Assembly (NCBI GenBank): GCA_036170915.1
Contig: JAVHQC010000006.1
Location: 201,987-265,986, forward strand
Direction of reading: 5' to 3'
DNA length: 64,000 bases
DNA from: Cyanobacteria bacterium auto_48_18
GTDB taxonomy: Bacteria > Cyanobacteriota > Vampirovibrionia > Obscuribacterales > Obscuribacteraceae
The notes beneath the pieces are model-generated. The model saw only the letters and a program-made list of their open reading frames with translations, did not search any database and was not told the origin of the DNA. Of the stretch, positions 58,274 to 64,000 are shown piece after piece; positions within the stretch are counted from its first letter, which is position 1, and each line of letters starts with the position of its first letter. Made by a program: the position numbers and the translations under genes.

Positions 58274-58582
58274 TTGCTGCGCCATTATCTCTAGTTTATT
58301 GCCTGAAGGGTCGTCAACATACACAGAGCGCGTGCCGTCTCTGTGCGTTTTGAGCTCACCGAATGATTCCGCTTGGGCAGAGACAAGGGCAATATGTGCC
58401 GGATGTTGCTCGGGTAAAACAAATGCCAATTTGATATTGCCGAAGCGCAGAAAAGCCCAGGTTTCATCCTGATACTCCACTTCGCATTTGAAAGTCTGCA
58501 AATACCAGTCAACGGTTTTCTTTAGATCGGTGACGACGATAGCTATGTGGTCGATAGGATCTAAAATGTTATTTTCAGGCAC
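58271..58582 (-). CDS. VOC/glyoxalase family protein
   Basis: IDHIAIVVTDL, HIAL, YVDDPSGNKLE. Confidence 0.88.
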   Translation of the reverse strand: MPENNILDPIDHIAIVVTDLKKTVDWYLQTFKCEVEYQDETWAFLRFGNIKLAFVLPEQHPAHIALVSAQAESFGELKTHRDGTRSVYVDDPSGNKLEIMAQQ

Positions 58583-58615
58583 AGGTATTCGGTCCTTAAG
58601 AGTAGAACTTGCAAT

Positions 58616-59497
58616 TTAAGTTAGAGCTGTGCGAACGCTCCAGAGATCTTGAAAACAACGCTTGACCAGGGTTGAACGTAAGTAAGCCACACCTTCACTG
58701 CCACCAGTTCCTCTCTTAAAACCAATGATGCGCTCCACCACAGTGACGTGGTGCGTGCGCCAGAGCGCAATCAGTTCGTCGAGGTCTATTAGTGTCTCCG
58801 CCAGGTCATGGAGCTCACCAAGCTCTTCTTCTTGATAGAGCCGGCAAAGTTCTTTAACTCTAATTTCTTCCAGAGCGGCATTTTCGGCAATTACTTTGGC
58901 ATCTTCTGCGCTCTCACCGTCATGCGAAGCGGGCATGGGCAGACTGAAGCCGCGCCGGCGAAGCAGAGCATAAAATTCGTCTTTCAAAGTTGGGGCGTCA
59001 AAGCGAACTTTTAACTCGGCAAATGCCACGCCGTCATTTTGAAAGTGCATGAGCATACGCTCTTCTTTAAGACCGGCAATAAATTCAATTTCGCGGAATT
59101 GGGATGATTGAAAACCGGAAGCGGGATTGAGTTTGTGCCTAAATCCAAGAAAATCTGTAGGTGACATCGTTTCCAGTATATGAATTTGCTGCACCAGGAG
59201 GCGCATAATTGCCACTGCTCGACGCATAAAGTGAGTAGCGCGGCGCACTTTATTCTGCTTGATCAAGTCCAGTACCAGATCCAGTTCGTGAATAATTAGT
59301 TTGAACCATAATTCGTAAGTCTGGTGAATGATTATAAACAGGGGTTCATCATGGTGAGCCGGGTCAGACTGGCATACTTGCAGGGTTTTGAGCTGCTCGA
59401 CCATAAGGTAACTGTTGTAATCTAAAGAACTGTGGCCACCAGTGGTAACACCACCAAATTGCGCTGATTTGTTCTCATCCATTGGCATTGTCTCCAC
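58616..59497 (-). CDS. kynA: Tryptophan 2,3-dioxygenase
   Basis: HDEPLFIIIHQTYELWFK, ASGFQSSQFR, GFKRGTGGSEG..YL. Confidence 0.95.
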   Translation of the reverse strand: METMPMDENKSAQFGGVTTGGHSSLDYNSYLMVEQLKTLQVCQSDPAHHDEPLFIIIHQTYELWFKLIIHELDLVLDLIKQNKVRRATHFMRRAVAIMRLLVQQIHILETMSPTDFLGFRHKLNPASGFQSSQFREIEFIAGLKEERMLMHFQNDGVAFAELKVRFDAPTLKDEFYALLRRRGFSLPMPASHDGESAEDAKVIAENAALEEIRVKELCRLYQEEELGELHDLAETLIDLDELIALWRTHHVTVVERIIGFKRGTGGSEGVAYLRSTLVKRCFQDLWSVRTALT

Positions 59498-59507
59498 AGT
59501 TTGCTGA

Positions 59508-61082
59508 TTAAGGACCGGGCATGAATTTAGGTATGGCAGGCGCCGGTACCAGTGACGGTGCTGGTGCGGGGACTGGTATAAGATCGGGAACAGGAGCTGG
59601 GAGTGTCAAGTCAGGCCCAGGAGCCGGACTAGGCCCAGGAGCCGGACTAGGCCCAGGCGTAAGACTAGGACCAGGGCTATTTGGCATAGCAGGTAGGGAA
59701 GTTTCTGTGGTGGCTGACTGTGGTTTAACTGGAGCTACAGATTCAGCTGCCGGTGAGTCAAGGTCTTTTGTTTTCGGCGGCTTCGACTTTTGGTCTTGCT
59801 TATGATCTGACTTTTGCTCTTCCTTCTGATCTTCCTTTTGATTATCCTGACTTTGCTTGTCTAACTTTTTTCTCTTCTTTGATGGCTTCTGATCAGGCTT
59901 TTCAATCTGTTCAGGCTCGTCTTTTTTCTTGTCTGGTTTATCTTTTTTGTCTGACTTGTCTTTCTCGTCTTTTTTGTCTTTTTTCTTGACTTTACTCTTG
60001 ATTAACCGTTGTGCCACTGCCCCTGGTGCCAGGGGCAAGAAAGCAGTTCTGTCTAATTCTGCTCCCTCAGCCAGTCTTAAGAAGCTTTCTGGATTCTTGT
60101 CTGAATATTGAAAAGCCAGCCTCGAATTGATCATCACTTTTCTGGCTTTTTTCACCAGTGCTTCATATCGAATCATCAGTGTTTCAACAGTAATGCCCTG
60201 AGTACTGACGTGAAAAAGCTTGAACTGGCAAGGATAAATATCAAGCGGCGGACAAGCGACAAACCAGATATTGCGTTCGCGTTGAATTTTGTTCACCGGC
60301 ACATGCCCGCTGATGGCCAGGCGCACGTCTTGACTGCCGCCTAGAATTTCCCGCGCCGAGGCGCCTTGAGGCACAGTATATTCCTCAAATGGTGGTCCGC
60401 CGTCGTAAGGGGGCGGGGCCAGTAAAGGGTGATGGCTGACCACAATTGTCATTTTGCCTTTATTGGCGGCTAGATCTTTTTTCAGCCAGGTCAATTGGTC
60501 GTCGCTCAATTCGCCGGTTTCGCTATTTGCGCGTGCGGTATCAAGACCAATTAAATGCACACCACTGGCAGGATCTGCGGACCAGTATGATTTGTCTGAG
60601 GTAATACCGCGACCTTTGAAATCAGGCCCGTAGGTGCGCATGCGATCTACGGCTGGCGGCCCGCTAACATCGGTTTCACCCAAGACAAAATACCAGGGAC
60701 AATTAAGATTCGACATGATGTCGATAAAGAGTTGCCAGAAGGCTTCATCACGACCGATACCCTCGACTTGATCTCCGGCGAAAATGACAAAGTCGACTTG
60801 TTGTTCGTTAATGCTTTTGACAGCGTCTTGAAGAAATAACTGACTCTCTTGCAAAAGTTTGATGGTATCAGGCATTCCATGAGCCAGATGGCTGTCGGTA
60901 ATGACTACGAATGAAAAAGGGGCAAAATTGAAAGCCGCCTGAGCTTCCGATATTGAGGCTAGCTGACCAAAAAATGTCAGTGCCCCGAGGCCGGCAAGAA
61001 AGTTGCGCCGACTGACTTCCATCTGTTGATTGGCCTTAAAGTCTGGCTGCAAAAAAGTATTCTCGCCCACTGTTTTCGTCAA
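59508..61082 (-). CDS. Tat-signal calcineurin-like metallophosphoesterase with charged and Pro-rich tail
   Basis: SRRNFLAG; TDSH, AGD, LGETD, SHHP, SGHVP; Lys/Asp-rich then PGPSPA repeats. Confidence 0.82.
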   Translation of the reverse strand: MTKTVGENTFLQPDFKANQQMEVSRRNFLAGLGALTFFGQLASISEAQAAFNFAPFSFVVITDSHLAHGMPDTIKLLQESQLFLQDAVKSINEQQVDFVIFAGDQVEGIGRDEAFWQLFIDIMSNLNCPWYFVLGETDVSGPPAVDRMRTYGPDFKGRGITSDKSYWSADPASGVHLIGLDTARANSETGELSDDQLTWLKKDLAANKGKMTIVVSHHPLLAPPPYDGGPPFEEYTVPQGASAREILGGSQDVRLAISGHVPVNKIQRERNIWFVACPPLDIYPCQFKLFHVSTQGITVETLMIRYEALVKKARKVMINSRLAFQYSDKNPESFLRLAEGAELDRTAFLPLAPGAVAQRLIKSKVKKKDKKDEKDKSDKKDKPDKKKDEPEQIEKPDQKPSKKRKKLDKQSQDNQKEDQKEEQKSDHKQDQKSKPPKTKDLDSPAAESVAPVKPQSATTETSLPAMPNSPGPSLTPGPSPAPGPSPAPGPDLTLPAPVPDLIPVPAPAPSLVPAPAIPKFMPGP

Positions 61083-61086
61083 CTCT

Positions 61087-61785
61087 CTACTTTTGAATTA
61101 AGGTGAGAAGCTCGGCTCGAGACAAAGCATCATCCTGATAACAACCGCGAGCAATTGTAGTTATTGTATTGCTTCCAGGTTTTTTCACACCACGAAGAGC
61201 CATACACGAATGCTCGGCTTCGATCATAACGAAAACTCCAAGCGGGTCTAGTTTGGTGACTAGAGCTTCAGCTATCTGTGCAGTCAAACGCTCTTGCACT
61301 TGCAGTCTTTTTGAGGCAACATCTACCACCCGCGCCAGCTTGGAAAGGCCAGTGATTCTACCTTCTCGTGGCAAGTAAGCAATGTGCACCAGACCATGAA
61401 AAGGCAACATATGATGTTCGCAGGTGCTGCTAAACGTTATGTCCTTAACAAGCACCAGACCAGCGCAATCTTCCTGAAATTCGCAACTAATTTCAGATGC
61501 CGGATCGGTGGCCTGACCAGCTGTCAATTCCACCATCATGCGGGCTACCCGAGCGGGGGTGTCCAGCAGACCAGCTCTGGTGCTATCTTCGCCCACTCCG
61601 CGCAAAATTAGGCGCACGCCCTCTTCAATTAAAGCTTTATTGGTCAGCAGACGCTCTTGGTCGAGGCTAGCTTGAGTATCTGAGGTGAAGCCCAGTCTCG
61701 AAGCGGAAAAATTAGGCATCACTACTTCTTTAGCGCTCGAGCACGTGGCAACCGTAGCCATTGATTTAAATTGTTTTGATTCCAT
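61087..61785 (-). CDS. folE: GTP cyclohydrolase I
   Basis: GLLDTPARVA, CEHHMLPFHG, GLSKLAR, QVQERLT, HSCMALRGV. Confidence 0.96.
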   Translation of the reverse strand: MESKQFKSMATVATCSSAKEVVMPNFSASRLGFTSDTQASLDQERLLTNKALIEEGVRLILRGVGEDSTRAGLLDTPARVARMMVELTAGQATDPASEISCEFQEDCAGLVLVKDITFSSTCEHHMLPFHGLVHIAYLPREGRITGLSKLARVVDVASKRLQVQERLTAQIAEALVTKLDPLGVFVMIEAEHSCMALRGVKKPGSNTITTIARGCYQDDALSRAELLTLIQK

Positions 61786-62022
61786 GTGACCCCTGCAAAT
61801 TCAACTCTTGACTAGCCGCGAAATGCCCGCCTGTGGCTTTTGACAACCATGCTAAATCTGTAGTATATCGCCTTCCACCAAGTTCTTGCCCAAACGTTTC
61901 ATTCTCTACATATAGAGAAGCGCCCGCCGTCTGAGTTTTTGGCCCTGTTTCACTTTCGTTGTTTGGCGTTATACTCTAAATCTTTCAGTTGACCACTTAT
62001 CGCCCGCTAAAGAGGAAGGAAG

Positions 62023-62472
62023 ATGACTGCTGCCACAGTGATGCAACTAGACGTTCGTCAAATCAAAGAGTTGATCCCACACCGCTATCCATTTCTCTTG
62101 GTCGACAGGGTGACTGAAGTGGAGCCTGGTTTAAGAGCTAAGGGCTTTAAAAATTTGACCGCCAACGAGCAGTTTTTCGAAGGACATTTTCCAGAGCGGC
62201 CGATTATGCCTGGCGTACTAATGGTGGAAGCCCTGGCACAACTCGGATGCCTGACTATGCTTTTGAAAGACGAAATGAAAGGCAATCTTGGCGTCTTTAC
62301 CGGTATTGATGGGCTGAAGTTTCGCACCATGGTTGTGCCCGGCGACCGCCTGGACCTTGAAGTAGAACTGATCAAAATGAAAGGCCCTGTTGGGAAAATG
62401 AGGGGTATTGCCAGGGTCGGCGACAAAATAGCCTGCGAAGGCGAAATTAGTTTTGCCATGGTCAAGCCATAA
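62023..62472 (+). CDS. fabZ: 3-hydroxyacyl-ACP dehydratase
   Basis: [32 protein letters not shown]. Confidence 0.97.
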   Translation: MTAATVMQLDVRQIKELIPHRYPFLLVDRVTEVEPGLRAKGFKNLTANEQFFEGHFPERPIMPGVLMVEALAQLGCLTMLLKDEMKGNLGVFTGIDGLKFRTMVVPGDRLDLEVELIKMKGPVGKMRGIARVGDKIACEGEISFAMVKP

Positions 62473-62498
62473 AAGCTTATATATAGGTACACGATCAC

Positions 62499-63311
62499 AT
62501 GACCATCCATGCAACTGCCATCATCGGCGATGGCGCTCAGATTGCTAACTCAGTTGAGGTGGCACCATATGCGGTTATTGGTGCTAATGTCATTATCAAA
62601 GCCGGCACCAAAATTGGTGCTCACGCAGTGATAGACGGTCACACAACTATTGGTGAAAATTGTCATATCTTTCCTGGCGCCTCCATCGGTCTTGAGCCTC
62701 AAGACCTGAGCTACAAAAGTGAACCGACTGGTGTGATCATGGGCGACCGTTGTACCGTGCGTGAATATGCCACCATTCACCGAGGCACAGGTGATCGTTT
62801 TACCCGTGTCGGTGACGATTGTTTTTTGATGAACTATTCCCACATTGCCCACGACTGTCAGGTTGGCAATGGTGCCATTTTTGCTAATGGCGCTACCCTT
62901 GCCGGGCATGTGGTGGTGGGTGAGCGCGTAGTAATTGCCGGTTCTGTGGTAGTGCACCAGTTTGTTCGCATTGGGCGTCTGGCCATGATCAGCGGTGCCA
63001 CTGGTACTCGTATGGACGTACCGCCTTTTTCCATGTGTGATCAAAGACCACTGGCTGTAACCGGGCTAAATCTTGTTGGTCTGCGTAGGGCAAAAATTGG
63101 TCCCGAAATTCGCAACTCAATTAAGCAAGCCTACAAATTGATTTATCGTTCGTCTCTCAACAACTCTCAGGCTATTGCCAGAATTGAAGAGGAGTGCGTA
63201 CTTACAGACGAAATTAAAGAGATAGTCGATTTTTATCGCACCACTAAACGCGGTGTCATCAAAGGAGCTTTTACAGCAGAGGGTGGTATCGCCTCAGCGG
63301 TGGAAGAATAA
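62499..63311 (+). CDS. lpxA: UDP-N-acetylglucosamine O-acyltransferase
   Basis: Hexapeptide repeats, PQDLSY, TIHRGT, HIAHDC, LAGHV, VHQF; follows fabZ. Confidence 0.96.
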   Translation: MTIHATAIIGDGAQIANSVEVAPYAVIGANVIIKAGTKIGAHAVIDGHTTIGENCHIFPGASIGLEPQDLSYKSEPTGVIMGDRCTVREYATIHRGTGDRFTRVGDDCFLMNYSHIAHDCQVGNGAIFANGATLAGHVVVGERVVIAGSVVVHQFVRIGRLAMISGATGTRMDVPPFSMCDQRPLAVTGLNLVGLRRAKIGPEIRNSIKQAYKLIYRSSLNNSQAIARIEEECVLTDEIKEIVDFYRTTKRGVIKGAFTAEGGIASAVEE

Positions 63312-63388
63312 CGTTTACTCTAATTTCAATACTGTTGGAATCCCATGATGTTTATAAATGATTTGCTGCACCACTCAGTATTTATTCA

Positions 63389-64000
63389 ATGATTACAGAT
63401 AAATTGCCCCAGGCATCTCAGTCGGGCTACCGCAGTTTATTTCGTAATCGTCAGTTCATGAGCTTGTGGATTGCTCAGGTGTTTTCGCAATTTGCCGACC
63501 GTGTAGTTTTCGTTTTATTTGTAGCTATTTTGACGGCCAACAATGAAGCCACCATCGGCGGCCGCCATTTTGAATCGGCCCAGCTCACCAGTTACCTTTA
63601 TGTCGCTTTTACCATTCCAGCGGTATTACTCAGCCCCATGGCTGGTGTCTATGTCGATCGCTGGTCTAATAAAGCGGTGCTTGTGCTTTCTAATTTGTTT
63701 CGCGCCGCTTGCATTTGCCTGGTGGCAACTCCCTATGCAAAAGCATCTCCTGTAGCCGCATTCTCTCTGGCTTTCGTAGTCTCAATCGGTTCGCAGTTTT
63801 TTGCTCCAGCCGAGTCTTCGTCCATTCCCAGGCTGGTAAAAAAAGACGAGCTTTTTCAAGCTAATTCTCTGTTTTTTACCACCATGATGATTGCTCTGGG
63901 TTTTGGTTTTGCGATAGGCGAGCCGATCATCGCCGCTACTGGTATCGGTAAGGCGCCCTTTGCTGTGGCCGGCGCTTTTGTGGTGGCAGCAATTTTTTGC
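63389..64000 (+). CDS. MFS transporter (partial, runs off the window)
   Basis: MITDKLPQASQSGYRSLFRNRQFMSLWIAQVFSQFADR...AGVYVDRW...QFFAPAESS; open to the window end. Confidence 0.85.
   Translation, partial: MITDKLPQASQSGYRSLFRNRQFMSLWIAQVFSQFADRVVFVLFVAILTANNEATIGGRHFESAQLTSYLYVAFTIPAVLLSPMAGVYVDRWSNKAVLVLSNLFRAACICLVATPYAKASPVAAFSLAFVVSIGSQFFAPAESSSIPRLVKKDELFQANSLFFTTMMIALGFGFAIGEPIIAATGIGKAPFAVAGAFVVAAIFC

Overview
Gene-dense bacterial chromosomal window of moderate GC, with about 55 CDS and one tRNA-Asn(GTT). No CRISPR array, rRNA, prophage or intact IS was seen. The content is cyanobacterial-like housekeeping genes without photosynthesis genes, zinc-ribbon Hanks kinases and aerobic enzymes. 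This suggests a non-photosynthetic Cyanobacteriota relative such as Melainabacteria/Obscuribacterales (inference only). Recognisable genes include Fe/Mn SOD, ctpA, a tRNA nucleotidyltransferase, an EnvC-like M23 protein, nanE, hom-thrC-thrB-lysC, three-subunit succinate dehydrogenase, aconitase, xth, rnd, kynA, folE and fabZ-lpxA. The best candidate for an undescribed system is 3988-8809: a sigma-70-like protein fused to three ComEA-type helix-hairpin-helix repeats, then a DUF1822-like putative anti-sigma partner, a zinc-ribbon membrane protein and a coupled Ser/Thr kinase, near a divergent membrane-anchored trypsin-like protease. Other oddities are an IS1595-transposase-like protein whose catalytic core is replaced by a DprA-like winged helix, two dispersed paralogues of a small unknown protein, a Rieske protein with altered ligands, a Mycobacterium Sdh1-like SDH and a probable CC-only adding enzyme. 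All family calls are by visual motif recognition; no searches were run.
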